The notes beneath the pieces are model-generated. The model searched no databases. It saw nothing but the letters and a program-made list of their open reading frames with translations, and was not told the DNA's origin. Shown here one piece after another: positions 39,658-49,566 of a stretch of DNA of 64,000 bases (position 1 is its first letter; each line of letters starts with the position of its first letter). The DNA lies in contig CALKWM010000039.1 in NCBI GenBank assembly GCA_938004065.1, positions 65,313 through 129,312 on the forward strand, written 5' to 3'. Position numbers and translations under genes: made by a program. Origin of the DNA: an uncultured bacterium. GTDB lineage: Bacteria; Patescibacteriota; JAHJAL01.

Positions 39658-41253
39658 TTGGCTTTAATTTCAATGAAAAACACAAAATATATCATCTATG
39701 CCCGCCGGTCCTCTGATGAAAAATCAGGCAATCAGGCGAAGTCTATTCCTGACCAGATTGATGCTTGCCTTGATTTAGCATATAGATTGGGAATAAAAAT
39801 CAATAAAGATAAGGATATTTATTCGGAAAGTAAATCAGCAAAGACCTATGACAACCGGCCAATATTCAACAAAATTATTCATATGATTGAGAAGGGAGTT
39901 GTTGAGGGCATAATATCTTGGCATCCGGATAGGTTGTCGAGAAATATGTTTGAAGCTGGGAAAATAATAGATTTATTGGATGTTGGGAAAATAAAAGATT
40001 TAAAATTTTGTACTCACCATTTCGAAAATACTGCATCCGGAAAGATGATGTTGGGTATTATGTTTGCTATTTCCAAAGAGTATAGCGATAAATTGAGTGA
40101 GAATATCAGCAGGGGCTATCGGACTAATTTTGAGCAGGGTATATCCGGCGGTAAGCCAAAATGGGGCTATAAAATTGACGAGAGTGGCTATTATGTACCG
40201 GACGAGCCGAACTATAGCATTATTAAAAAAGCTTGGGAAATGAGGCTTGAGGGGGTTACAGTAAATAAAATATTTGAATGGCTGAAGACTATGGATTGCC
40301 ATCGGTATTTTAAGAACAATAGAGATAACAAAAAATATATCACCAAAACAGCACTTGGATATATTTTCAAAGACGCTTTGTATTATGGGATTTTGCGACG
40401 GAAGGATAAATTTGTGGAATTGAAAAAAATATACGATTTTCAGCCAATGATAAACCAAGCAGAATTTAATATGGTCCAGAAAATCAATCCACGAGCACCA
40501 AAGGTATATACCAAATTAGAACTACCATTTCGGGATAACATCGTAAAATGCGAATGCGGAAAGTATTGCTTTCCAACTATTGAGACCGGCCGGAAAGATA
40601 GGTATTTATCTTTATACTGTAGGGATAGAATGAAATGCAAATCAGGAAAGTATCGAACAAGGGCAAAGAAGATTGTGGATGCAATATCTGATGATTTGGA
40701 GAACAAATTTGGTCCGAAGAAAAAGAACTTTGAAATAGTAAAGGAGAGGTTATTAAAAGCTATTGAGGCAAAACAAAATGATGACACAAAAAAAATAGCT
40801 TATTTGAATAGAAAAATAAGCGTTAAAAAGAAAGAATACGATAGCTTGGTACTTAATTGTTTGAAAAAGGAAAAGGACTTGAGCAAGGAAGAAAGAAAGG
40901 TTTACGAGAGGGAAAAGATGAAACTAACAAATGAGATTGCCGGTTACGAAGAAGAACGAGACACTATCAAGAAAAATGATGTACTGAAAGACTTTGACTA
41001 TGAATTTTTTTCGAACTTTTTGAAGAACATAAGCCAGTACTGGAAAAAGGCGAATTATAAACAAAAACACATAATTGCAAAAATTATGTTTTCGAACATA
41101 GTGGTTAGTGGCGGAAAAGTCTTTTATTTACAATACAATCCGTTTATAGCGGACCTTTTTGCTCTGGGAAGTGGAGATGGCCGGAGTCGAACCGGCGTCC
41201 AAAATTGTTTAACATCAATTTCTACATGTTTAGTTAAGTTTAAAATTTTTTAG
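39658..41253 (+). CDS. Large serine recombinase (site-specific integrase)
   Basis: N-terminal resolvase catalytic domain (YARRSSDEK...S...Q). Recombinase domain. Zinc-ribbon CECGKYCFP...CRDRMKC. C-terminal coiled coil. The 3' end runs through the right direct repeat. Confidence 0.85.
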   Translation: MALISMKNTKYIIYARRSSDEKSGNQAKSIPDQIDACLDLAYRLGIKINKDKDIYSESKSAKTYDNRPIFNKIIHMIEKGVVEGIISWHPDRLSRNMFEAGKIIDLLDVGKIKDLKFCTHHFENTASGKMMLGIMFAISKEYSDKLSENISRGYRTNFEQGISGGKPKWGYKIDESGYYVPDEPNYSIIKKAWEMRLEGVTVNKIFEWLKTMDCHRYFKNNRDNKKYITKTALGYIFKDALYYGILRRKDKFVELKKIYDFQPMINQAEFNMVQKINPRAPKVYTKLELPFRDNIVKCECGKYCFPTIETGRKDRYLSLYCRDRMKCKSGKYRTRAKKIVDAISDDLENKFGPKKKNFEIVKERLLKAIEAKQNDDTKKIAYLNRKISVKKKEYDSLVLNCLKKEKDLSKEERKVYEREKMKLTNEIAGYEEERDTIKKNDVLKDFDYEFFSNFLKNISQYWKKANYKQKHIIAKIMFSNIVVSGGKVFYLQYNPFIADLFALGSGDGRSRTGVQNCLTSISTCLVKFKIF

Positions 41254-41740
41254 TTTAAATTGATTTAATAACCAACAAAAGACCAATTTAAACGACATAT
41301 GTTACTTGGATTTAGTCAGATATGTAAGCCAACTAAATTGCGTCATAGTAAGTTTTGGCACCCAAGATCTGGTCGCTATGCCGATCAGGTTGGATGGCTG
41401 CCTAATTATTTAGGCAACGGCAGTAGCCATAGAAAATTGAGGAGTAAAAAGACTCTTCAATTTAGCTACAAAAGTGTTTGCATTTACATGCATGTAATTT
41501 GTAAATTTAAGTGGAGCAAATTACAACCCACCACATGCTTATGATATTAAAGATCAATTCTGTCGAAACCAAATCATCCCCTAAATTTGCGCGAGCAAAT
41601 TTCTTTGCATAACTCACGAAAACTTAGCGAGTGACTTAGAAAATCAAAATGCAAAACTCAAAGATCAAAATTACAACTAATAAATAAAAATTAATATAAA
41701 TTTAAAGAATAATTAATATGATTAATTCTATACTTTTAAT

Positions 41741-42094
41741 ATGGATAAAAATGAGTTAAAAATTCGAAGTTACATGTATTCAATCAGAATAATTAAATTT
41801 GTTTCGAAATTACCAAATAGTAGAGTATTTTGGATAGTTTCAGATCAATTATTGCGTTCTGCTACTTCAATCGGAGCCAACATATTCGAAGCGAAATCAT
41901 CTAGTTCAAAAAGAGACTTTATCAAATTCTTTGAGATCTCACTCAAATCTGCAAATGAAACCAAATATTGGTTAGGACTCCTAAGGGATAGTACAAATAT
42001 CAACAAAACAGAAATAAAAATATTACTTGGAGAGGTCAACGAAATTTCAAATATGCTTGGTGCAAGTTTACTTACTCTGAAAAATAAAAAATAA
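41741..42094 (+). CDS. Four-helix-bundle protein (TIGR02436; so-called 23S rRNA intervening-sequence protein family)
   Basis: SIGANIFEAKSSSSKRDFIKFFEISLKSANETKYWL matches the family signature SIGANIAEG...S..DF..FL.IA.GS..E. Confidence 0.6.
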   Translation: MDKNELKIRSYMYSIRIIKFVSKLPNSRVFWIVSDQLLRSATSIGANIFEAKSSSSKRDFIKFFEISLKSANETKYWLGLLRDSTNINKTEIKILLGEVNEISNMLGASLLTLKNKK

Positions 42095-42150
42095 ATTATA
42101 CGATTTGATTCTTAAGTTGTGGATTTGAGTTTTTAGTTTTGCACTTTGCG

Positions 42151-42624
42151 TTAACTTCTCCCAAACTTCCTCCTCACTTCCCGATCAATCTGCCGTTTCT
42201 TGATCGTCTCGCGTTTATCAAACTTCTTTTTCCCCCGACCGATCCCGATTTCCACCTTGACCAATTTTTTGTTCTTAATGTAAAGAGATAGGGGAACCAG
42301 CGTCAAACCTTTTTCTTTCACCTTTCCGGTAAGTTTATTTAATTCCGATTTTTTAACCAATAACTTTCGCGATCTGGTTGGGTCATAATCTTTGCCGGTG
42401 TAGTTTTTAAATCTGTTGATATTGGCTCCCACCAACCACAATTCACCACTGATTATTTTGGCGTAAGCTTCTTTGATGCTAACTTTGCCTTCACGGATAC
42501 TTTTAACTTCGTATCCCTTCAATGCAATGCCTGCCTCCAGTGAGTCGAGGATTTCATAGTCAAATCTGGCTTTTTTGTTTTTTGCGATTACTTTACCCAC
42601 AACAAAATAGTATAATAAAATCAA
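42151..42624 (-). CDS. smpB: SsrA-binding protein
   Basis: IAKNKKARFDYEILDSLEAGIALKGYEVKSIR...TGKDYDPTRSRKLL is canonical SmpB. Confidence 0.9.
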   Translation of the reverse strand: MILLYYFVVGKVIAKNKKARFDYEILDSLEAGIALKGYEVKSIREGKVSIKEAYAKIISGELWLVGANINRFKNYTGKDYDPTRSRKLLVKKSELNKLTGKVKEKGLTLVPLSLYIKNKKLVKVEIGIGRGKKKFDKRETIKKRQIDREVRRKFGRS

Positions 42625-42768
42625 ACATTTGTCAAGTTTGGTATTTTCAAACCTTCATATTAATATCTCATACCCAATCACAACTTGTCAAATATCACAT
42701 TCATAAAATGTCAGAAACCCCAAACCATCAATATTTGAGGGATGATTTTTTTTAAAATTTATCATTTT

Positions 42769-43692
42769 TTACAAATCAAGCTCGATCGACACCAGATCCT
42801 GCTTTGAGCCGTCCTTGGCCGATAGGGTATAAACCTCCAATACACCCGACTTGGCTTCGCTTTCATACGCCACCGGAGTGGTAAATTCGCCAAATTCCCC
42901 GACATCGGGCGCGCCGGTGGTGATATATCCGCTCACCAGTTCGTTCCCGGCATCGTCATACAGTGTGTAATTTATCGTCGATTCAAACGCAATTGCCTCT
43001 CCCCGCAAGATAAATGGTGAAATTATCTGATCACCATCAAGTGGAGCATAGACCTTTATATTACCACTATCCGAAACTTCCTCGGATTTGGGATTGTCAC
43101 TCATTTCCTTTGGTTCCCCCTGTAAATCAAACTTCAAACTGCGTACGATATCATCCAATGCCTCGGCATAGAAATTACTATTGGTTTGCAGAGTCAGATA
43201 ATCGTTATCACCCAATTCAAAATAGTAAGCAACGTTTCTGGTTCCGGGCGCATACATTGACTCGCCGTCTTCTTTGACCACTCCATCAATCTTGGTTCCT
43301 TCTACGCCATCCACTATCACTTTTTCCTCAGTATAATCCAATGATTTTTTATCCGTCGTCAGTATTTCGTCAAAATTTGTTATCTCGCCTCGATTTATAC
43401 GGATGCTGTCCGGATCCGCCAGTTTTTTGGAAAACGGTTCATTTTTGATAATCAGCGAGTCTTCATCCTCTTCATCACTGACAAACCACCCATTCGGATA
43501 ATTTAGCGACCACTGTCCGCTGGGAGCTTCATAGATATTTTCAACTGTATTAACCCGCTTTGGTTTCTCAAACCCGCCTTTTTCGATTTTCTGCTTGGCA
43601 AAGTATATCGATACCATGGAAGTGGCCAATCCCAGGAAAATCACCAGCACAATTCCGATAATCACGATCCAAATGATGGAATTATTTCTCAT
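42769..43692 (-). CDS. Membrane-anchored secreted protein (hypothetical; C-terminal Ig-like/GerMN-like fold candidate)
   Basis: N-terminal TM anchor followed by an acidic 280-aa ectodomain. Confidence 0.4.
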   Translation of the reverse strand: MRNNSIIWIVIIGIVLVIFLGLATSMVSIYFAKQKIEKGGFEKPKRVNTVENIYEAPSGQWSLNYPNGWFVSDEEDEDSLIIKNEPFSKKLADPDSIRINRGEITNFDEILTTDKKSLDYTEEKVIVDGVEGTKIDGVVKEDGESMYAPGTRNVAYYFELGDNDYLTLQTNSNFYAEALDDIVRSLKFDLQGEPKEMSDNPKSEEVSDSGNIKVYAPLDGDQIISPFILRGEAIAFESTINYTLYDDAGNELVSGYITTGAPDVGEFGEFTTPVAYESEAKSGVLEVYTLSAKDGSKQDLVSIELDL

Positions 43693-43832
43693 ATTGTTTT
43701 TTAGTTAATGCTAATTACAAATACATTGTAGAAGTATTATTTGTAAATCTCAAATCATATACGAAATAATACTAAATTGCTAAATGGCTAAATTGTTATG
43801 AGCGTAATTTTTCAACCATTTAACACAAATAC

Positions 43833-43870
43833 AAAAAAGACGTGTGTTTTTCAAAACATACGTCTTTTAA
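43833..43870 (-). terminator. Rho-independent terminator
   Basis: On the minus strand aaaagacgtatgtttt/aaaacacacgtctttt (1 mismatch) is followed by a T run, 20 bp after the stop of 43891-44499. Confidence 0.6.
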
Positions 43871-43890
43871 AAAATTTTTAAATATTTATT

Positions 43891-44499
43891 TTACGGGGCA
43901 TTAAATATGCCATTGGCAATATTTATCTGCCCCACAAAAAACTCCTGGTTTCTTTTTATATCTGTAAACCCGGACTTATGGAACTCAATCCAATAAGTAC
44001 CGGGTTCCATGTTTTCAACATGGAAATCGCCGTTGGATCCCGTAGTACCGGAGTACTTCAGGGTTCCGCCCTCACGGTCATAGACCTTGAGGTCCACTCC
44101 CGTGAGCAGAACAAGGGATCCTGAAGAGGCAAGATCTTTTGCCGAAGCATCGATCTCATATGCCACGAAATTTCCGTGGCATTTTCCCGATGCGATCGGC
44201 CCGAATTCATTCGGGTCGGTTACATAGGGAGGCGTAGGTGTTGGATCCGTAGTCGGCGGCGTCGGGATCGCCGTTGGATCGACAACCGGAGGTGTGGTCG
44301 GTGTCGCCGTCGGATTTACGACCGGCACCGTAGCCGTCGGGGCTGGGAGGTCTGGGACCACTCCACCGCCTCCTCCACCACCGCAACCGGCGGTCAAAAA
44401 TACTCCCAGGATTAGGATCCCGAGGAGGTTAATACAAAAAAGGCAATTAAGATGTTTTTTCATCTTCATTACCTCCTTTCTTTGTTTTTTAGGGTACAC
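43891..44499 (-). CDS. Lipoprotein with Pro/Thr-rich linker and carboxypeptidase-regulatory-like beta-sandwich domain
   Basis: Lipobox LTAGCGGGGGGG. PTATVPVVNPTATPTTPP linker. C-terminal YDREGGTLKYSGTTGSNGDFHVENMEPGTYWIEFHKSGF. Confidence 0.45.
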   Translation of the reverse strand: MYPKKQRKEVMKMKKHLNCLFCINLLGILILGVFLTAGCGGGGGGGVVPDLPAPTATVPVVNPTATPTTPPVVDPTAIPTPPTTDPTPTPPYVTDPNEFGPIASGKCHGNFVAYEIDASAKDLASSGSLVLLTGVDLKVYDREGGTLKYSGTTGSNGDFHVENMEPGTYWIEFHKSGFTDIKRNQEFFVGQINIANGIFNAP

Positions 44500-44710
44500 C
44501 CCTTTCGATTTATCCAGAGTGTAGTATAGAAATATATATTTGTCAAGGGTAATATCTATGAAAATAAAAATTATTAAGCACTGCTTGAGGGATCAAAATA
44601 TTATGGGTATTAACCTACATAATTTAAAATCCCCGGAATGCTCCAGGGATTTTTTTAGCTAAATAATATTTGGAGAGTTTAATTGACAAACTCACCATTT
44701 TTTTTGTGAC

Positions 44711-44992
44711 TCAAACTTTTTTCAACCTGCAATCAATATACTTTCGTAAATCATCATTTTTAACAATTTTCATTCCCTGATACTTGGAGTACTTTCTTTT
44801 AACCCTGGCTCGATGGTTAGCTTTAGTCGGATCATATTCACCCTTGACGCTGTTGCGTCTAATTTCTCGGCTTAGTGAAGAGTGACTTTTCCTAATTTCT
44901 CTGGCAATTGCCCGCAAGGAAAAACCCTTTTTCAGTAAGATCGAGATAGCAAGTCTATCCGTCTTAGTAAAGTGCCCGTATTTTTTACCCAT
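44711..44992 (-). pseudogene. IS30-family transposase N-terminal HTH fragment (remnant)
   Basis: LAISILLKKGFSLRAIAREIRKSHSSLSREIRRNS is the IS30 N-terminal HTH. Only 93 aa are present and the catalytic DDE domain is absent. Confidence 0.55.
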
Positions 44993-45078
44993 AATGTTAG
45001 AAAATTAACTATTAATCTAATGTTACGGGTGGTGCACTTCAAAGTACAATTTATAACTAAATCAATAAAACAAAAATC

Positions 45079-45981
45079 ATGAATCTAAACATGCCAAAAA
45101 GTTTCTCCTTTAAGGGACCAAATGAAGAATACCTGAAAAAAGTAAATAAGCAACTTGGCCGGAAAGCATTGACAAAAGCTATCGACGAAGCGAAAGAGGA
45201 AAAACAAGAAGTCGAAGAAATAAAATCCGAGACAGAACAATATGTAGATGAAAAAATTCGAGATTTGATTACCGACATCCAAACTTCCAAAATCAAATCG
45301 CAACAAAACTACAATATGCAAGTTGCTTATCCCGATAATTTACAATATATCTTGAGTGATATCAAACCTCAGTTAACATCTGGAGGCATATCCGAACCGG
45401 CAATCAATTTGGCTATGAAATCAATATCTGCAGACGAACTGAAAAATTGCAAAACATACAAACAACATGTTGAATTAATCACCTCGAAACTTAAGCCGGT
45501 TCTGATTACTACATATAGAAAAAATAAGGTATTAGAACAAATTAAGGCAGAAATAGAATTAATGGATGAATATGATAGTTATCAAAAAAATGAAATAATC
45601 GAACAAGCAGATGAGCTTTTGGATAAAATGCTAACTAGAGGAGATATTGAATACAAAGATATTCCGAAGAAAATTATTCAAAAAATTCTGGGAAAAATTA
45701 ACCAAATCCCCAAAAAAGATATTACAACAGAATTTAAGTCAGGGGAAGTTCCAATTATAAGACAACAGATGGACCCAAAAAAAGTAGTCGAGTATTTGCA
45801 GATGAAATACTTTGAGGATTACTATGGGAAACTAAATCATTTCAACGATTTAGCAGGGAAATTGTCTCGTGGAGAAATTGGTATCAAGGAATTAACCGAT
45901 TATCTGCAAGAATTTGAAGATATTACCGATGAGGACAAACGAGTAGTTTACAAACACAATAATATCGAATACTTACTCTAG
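45079..45981 (+). CDS. Hypothetical Lys/Glu-rich protein
   Basis: 300-aa ORF with coding-like codon usage. No motif. Confidence 0.35.
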   Translation: MNLNMPKSFSFKGPNEEYLKKVNKQLGRKALTKAIDEAKEEKQEVEEIKSETEQYVDEKIRDLITDIQTSKIKSQQNYNMQVAYPDNLQYILSDIKPQLTSGGISEPAINLAMKSISADELKNCKTYKQHVELITSKLKPVLITTYRKNKVLEQIKAEIELMDEYDSYQKNEIIEQADELLDKMLTRGDIEYKDIPKKIIQKILGKINQIPKKDITTEFKSGEVPIIRQQMDPKKVVEYLQMKYFEDYYGKLNHFNDLAGKLSRGEIGIKELTDYLQEFEDITDEDKRVVYKHNNIEYLL

Positions 45982-46050
45982 AAAAATTTATAAACATTAA
46001 GAAACACAACCTTGCGGTTGTGTTTTTAAAATATCTCGTTATTATTGAGT

Positions 46051-47817
46051 TTATTTTTCCTCTTTTTTCACAATCTTTAACCCCAATTCCGCCAATTGAT
46101 CCTCGCTCACCTCGCTCGGCGCATTCATCATCAGATCCTCCGCCCGGCTATTTTTGGGGAACGCCACCACCTCACGGATATTGTCTTCACCCAGTAACAC
46201 CATACACATCCGCTCGATGCCGGGCGCGAAACCGCAAGTTGGTGGTGCGCCGTATTGGAAAGCGGCGATCATTCCGCCAAATTTTTCTTCCACATATTTC
46301 TGGTCATATCCCACTATCTCAAATGCTTTGAGCATGGTTTTTTTATCATAATTACGAACCGCCCCACTGGAAAGTTCAAATCCATTGGCGATGATATCGT
46401 ATTGATCGGCTTTGATATCCAGCGGATCCATCGTGTTCAACGCTTCCAACCCGCCTTGTGGCAAACTAAAAGGGTTGTGCGCGAAATCGATCTTGCCCGT
46501 ATCCGGATCTTGCTCAAACATCGGAAAGTCCACGATCCACGCCCAAGCAATCACGTTTTCATCGATCAAATCCAATTTTTTACCCAAAATCTGTCGCACT
46601 CTTCCCAACGCTTCACAGGAAACTTTCCAGTTATCAGCGACAAACAATAGCAAACAATCTTTCTCGATATCTAAATCCGATTTTAGTTGCGCCAACTCTT
46701 CCGCCGTAAAAAATTTGGCAATTCCGCCATCAAATTTTCCATCCTGATACTTCATCCAGGCCAAACCCTTGGCTCCCAGTTTTTTGGCGTAACCTTCCAA
46801 CTCATCAATTTCTTTGCGAGAATATTGCACCGCTTCATCCACTTTCAAAACTCTGGTGTGCATAGCGGTTGCAAAAACCTTGAACTCGGTCTTTTTCGCC
46901 CAGTCGCTAACATCATTTAAAAACAAATCAAACCGCAAATCCGGGCGATCACTGCCGTATTTTTCCATCGCTTCTTTAAACGGGATACGAGGCAACACCT
47001 TGTCTTTGACTTTTTTACCGGCCAATTTTTCGGTTAGCTCGATAAACAATGGCTCCATTTCCGCGAAAAATTCCCCACTCGTTTTGAAACTGGTTTCGAT
47101 ATCCAGTTGATAAAACTCACCCGGCGAACGATCGGCTCTGGGGTCTTCATCACGCATACACACCGCAATCTGATAGTATTTATCAAATCCGGCGACCATC
47201 AACAACTGTTTGTATTGTTGTGGTGCTTGTGGCAGAGCGTAAAATTTTCCCGGATGCAAACGACTGGGAACCAGGAAATCGCGGGCTCCCTCGGGACTGG
47301 ATGAGGTTAAAATCGGGGTATCGATATGTAGAAAGTCCCGCTCCTGCATATATCGATGGATATACTGCACCATATCGTTACGAAATTTGATGTTGTCCTG
47401 CAGTTTTTTCCGTCGCAAATCCAGAAAACGGTATTTCAATCGTAAATCTTCTCTCGCTTCCTCTTTGTTCGTTTCAAAAATCTCAAACGGTTGCGGGTCG
47501 GCCGTGCTTAAAATCTGCAAATCATTGGCCAGTAATTCAATTTCACCGGTTACGATATCTCTATTTACATTCTTTTCATCTCTAATCTTGACCTTGCCGG
47601 TTACTTTGATCACATATTCATTTCCCAGCGTTTCAGCCACTTTCAATAAATTTACCTCGTCGGGACCGAAAGTAACTTGCGTTATCCCGTAGCGATCACG
47701 TAAATCGATAAACACCAACCCACCCAAATCACGTTTTTTATTAACCCAGCCGGACAAAGTTACTTCATTTCCTTCATTTTCTTTGGTTAATTCCCCACAG
47801 TTATGTGTACGATACAT
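46051..47817 (-). CDS. aspS: Aspartyl-tRNA synthetase
   Basis: MYRTHNCGEL N-terminus, OB anticodon-binding domain, class II motifs and GAD insertion. Start moved to ATG 47817 because the track's 36-aa N-extension has no homology. Confidence 0.9.
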   Translation of the reverse strand: MYRTHNCGELTKENEGNEVTLSGWVNKKRDLGGLVFIDLRDRYGITQVTFGPDEVNLLKVAETLGNEYVIKVTGKVKIRDEKNVNRDIVTGEIELLANDLQILSTADPQPFEIFETNKEEAREDLRLKYRFLDLRRKKLQDNIKFRNDMVQYIHRYMQERDFLHIDTPILTSSSPEGARDFLVPSRLHPGKFYALPQAPQQYKQLLMVAGFDKYYQIAVCMRDEDPRADRSPGEFYQLDIETSFKTSGEFFAEMEPLFIELTEKLAGKKVKDKVLPRIPFKEAMEKYGSDRPDLRFDLFLNDVSDWAKKTEFKVFATAMHTRVLKVDEAVQYSRKEIDELEGYAKKLGAKGLAWMKYQDGKFDGGIAKFFTAEELAQLKSDLDIEKDCLLLFVADNWKVSCEALGRVRQILGKKLDLIDENVIAWAWIVDFPMFEQDPDTGKIDFAHNPFSLPQGGLEALNTMDPLDIKADQYDIIANGFELSSGAVRNYDKKTMLKAFEIVGYDQKYVEEKFGGMIAAFQYGAPPTCGFAPGIERMCMVLLGEDNIREVVAFPKNSRAEDLMMNAPSEVSEDQLAELGLKIVKKEEK

Positions 47818-48007
47818 TTTTTTATGTAAAAAGTAATAAGTAAGAACATAATATTCAATATGCAATAAGCAATATGCAAAAAAGTACCAATAACCAATTT
47901 TCAATATCCAATTAAACCCAACCAATACAACAATTTAACCATTCAACCTCTTATTCTTTAGTTCTTATATTGTTTGATAGGTTTGTTAATTGATATATTT
48001 GATAAGT

Positions 48008-49063
48008 TTATTTAAGATTCTCCCATTCCTTTATCACTACGCTAATCGCTGCCGCCGCCGGCACAGCCACCATCATTCCCAATACTCCCGCCAGCGTACC
48101 GCCAACGAGAAGCGAAGTGATTACCGTAACCGGACTCAAACCGACAATTTTGCCCATGATCTTTGGGGTAATAAATTGGCCCTCGATCTGCTGAATCAAA
48201 ACCGTTATCAGTATTACCGCCAATGCCAACCAGATTGATTGCGTCAACGCTACTAACACCGCCGGTATGATCGCGATAATCGGACCAACCATCGGTATGA
48301 TACTCAAAATTCCGGCAATTATCGCCAATACCAGCGGAAATTTTACACCCAGAATCAACATTCCGATATATGTCATAAGACCGATTGTAGTACTGACGAT
48401 TAATTGTCCTCGTAACCACAAACCGGTTTTTTTATTGGTTATTTGCAATACCTTTAAAACCGATACCTGTTTCTGATTGGGCAATACTCCCATCAGAAAA
48501 TTATGTAAGCCATCCTCTTCCAACAAGAGATAAAAGGTTAAAGCGAAAATTGTTATTAACGCCAGTAAAGCATTGATCACTCCAAAAGTTTGATTTACCA
48601 CCAATTCGGAAACGTTACTAACTTGTGAATACAATACTTGTAAAGTTTGTCCCAGATTGTCGATCAAACCGGCATCGGATAACCAATCCTTGAGGGAAAT
48701 TATCTTTATCTGAGTATCGCTATTGTGAATAAACTCATCCAATTTTTGTGGAAATTCGGTCACAAACTGTTGCAGTTGCCCGAGCAGTGGCGGAAATACT
48801 ATAAAAGCCATCGAGGCGATAAATACTAGCAACAAAGTAAACATTATCACTACCGCCAGCAGTCGTGGTAACCGTCTTTTTTGCATCCATTCCACCGAAG
48901 GATTCATGGCCGCCACTAGAACCGTTACAATAAACAGCATCAATATCACATTGCGGATATAATAAACAACCACCGTCAACAAAATAAACAATATCACTTT
49001 GACGATAGTCCAGCTGGAAATATCTACCAGCAAATAACTATTATCCCCTCTTTTTATTTTCAT
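48008..49063 (-). CDS. AI-2E family transporter (PerM/UPF0118 permease)
   Basis: 8-TM topology and sequence typical of AI-2E family permeases. Confidence 0.7.
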   Translation of the reverse strand: MKIKRGDNSYLLVDISSWTIVKVILFILLTVVVYYIRNVILMLFIVTVLVAAMNPSVEWMQKRRLPRLLAVVIMFTLLLVFIASMAFIVFPPLLGQLQQFVTEFPQKLDEFIHNSDTQIKIISLKDWLSDAGLIDNLGQTLQVLYSQVSNVSELVVNQTFGVINALLALITIFALTFYLLLEEDGLHNFLMGVLPNQKQVSVLKVLQITNKKTGLWLRGQLIVSTTIGLMTYIGMLILGVKFPLVLAIIAGILSIIPMVGPIIAIIPAVLVALTQSIWLALAVILITVLIQQIEGQFITPKIMGKIVGLSPVTVITSLLVGGTLAGVLGMMVAVPAAAAISVVIKEWENLK

Positions 49064-49200
49064 GGCGGATTTAAAAAAAATTAATAATGACTGACCCTGT
49101 GCTAATTATAACTTATATTTGCCATATAAAACAAAAACCACGGTAATCATATACCGTAGTCTTCGCTTTATAAATTTGCACTTACAATGTAAAGTGTAAA

Positions 49201-49479
49201 TTACTTTTTGACCGCTAATTTCAGAGTTTTTCCGGCGCGGAATTTTGGTACAACGGCGGCAGGGATTTTCAGTTTTACTGATGGATTTTGTGGGTTTACG
49301 CCCATTCTGGCAGCTCTTTTGTTGGTCATAAAAGTACCGAAGCCGGCCAACACAACTTTCTTTCCTTTTTTCAATTGATCGGTAACTTCTCCGATCATTT
49401 CGTTGACAACTAGGCCAACATTTCTCTTGGAAAGTCCTGTTTCCTTGGCGATTACTTCGATGAGTTCTTGCTTGTTCAC
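49201..49479 (-). CDS. hup: DNA-binding protein HU
   Basis: NKQELIEVIAKETGLSKRNVGLVVNEMIGEV...GFGTF...RAARMGVNPQN is canonical HU. GTG start at 49479 is preceded by the RBS AGGAGGTGAG. The track ORF carries a spurious N-extension. Confidence 0.85.
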   Translation of the reverse strand: MNKQELIEVIAKETGLSKRNVGLVVNEMIGEVTDQLKKGKKVVLAGFGTFMTNKRAARMGVNPQNPSVKLKIPAAVVPKFRAGKTLKLAVKK

Positions 49480-49566
49480 ACTCACCTCCTTGCAAAAAAA
49501 TAAATAAATAAAATCTAAATCAATCCAATAATAACTTCGAGTTTGGTTGATTGTCAAACACTAGAC

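Larger units (their letters stand above)
35828..41253 (+). mobile_element. Roughly 5.4-kb integrative island bounded by the 15-bp direct repeat aagtggagatggccg (35828-35842 and 41169-41183), carrying 7 small hypothetical genes and a terminal large serine recombinase
   Basis: An exact GC-rich 15-mer in an AT-rich background is present at both ends. The right copy sits in a tRNA T-arm-like gccggTTCGActccggc + acceptor-like segment (minus strand) inside the recombinase 3' end. The left side has related partial copies (ggccgagcctatttcgaacat at 35838-35858 and ggccgtgtttcgaacat at 36008-36024). Confidence 0.6.

Noticed and set aside
41169-41260. Possible tRNA gene at the right island boundary
   Set aside because: Only a T-arm + 3' acceptor-like segment (gccggTTCGActccggc catctcc a) is present. 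No complementary 5' acceptor strand or anticodon arm could be found in the upstream 70 nt, so it is a remnant or att-site fragment, not a gene.
41299-41544. 81-aa ORF in the long intergenic region after the recombinase
   Set aside because: No RBS, Arg/His/Trp-rich composition unlike neighbouring genes. It lies in otherwise non-coding att-flanking DNA.
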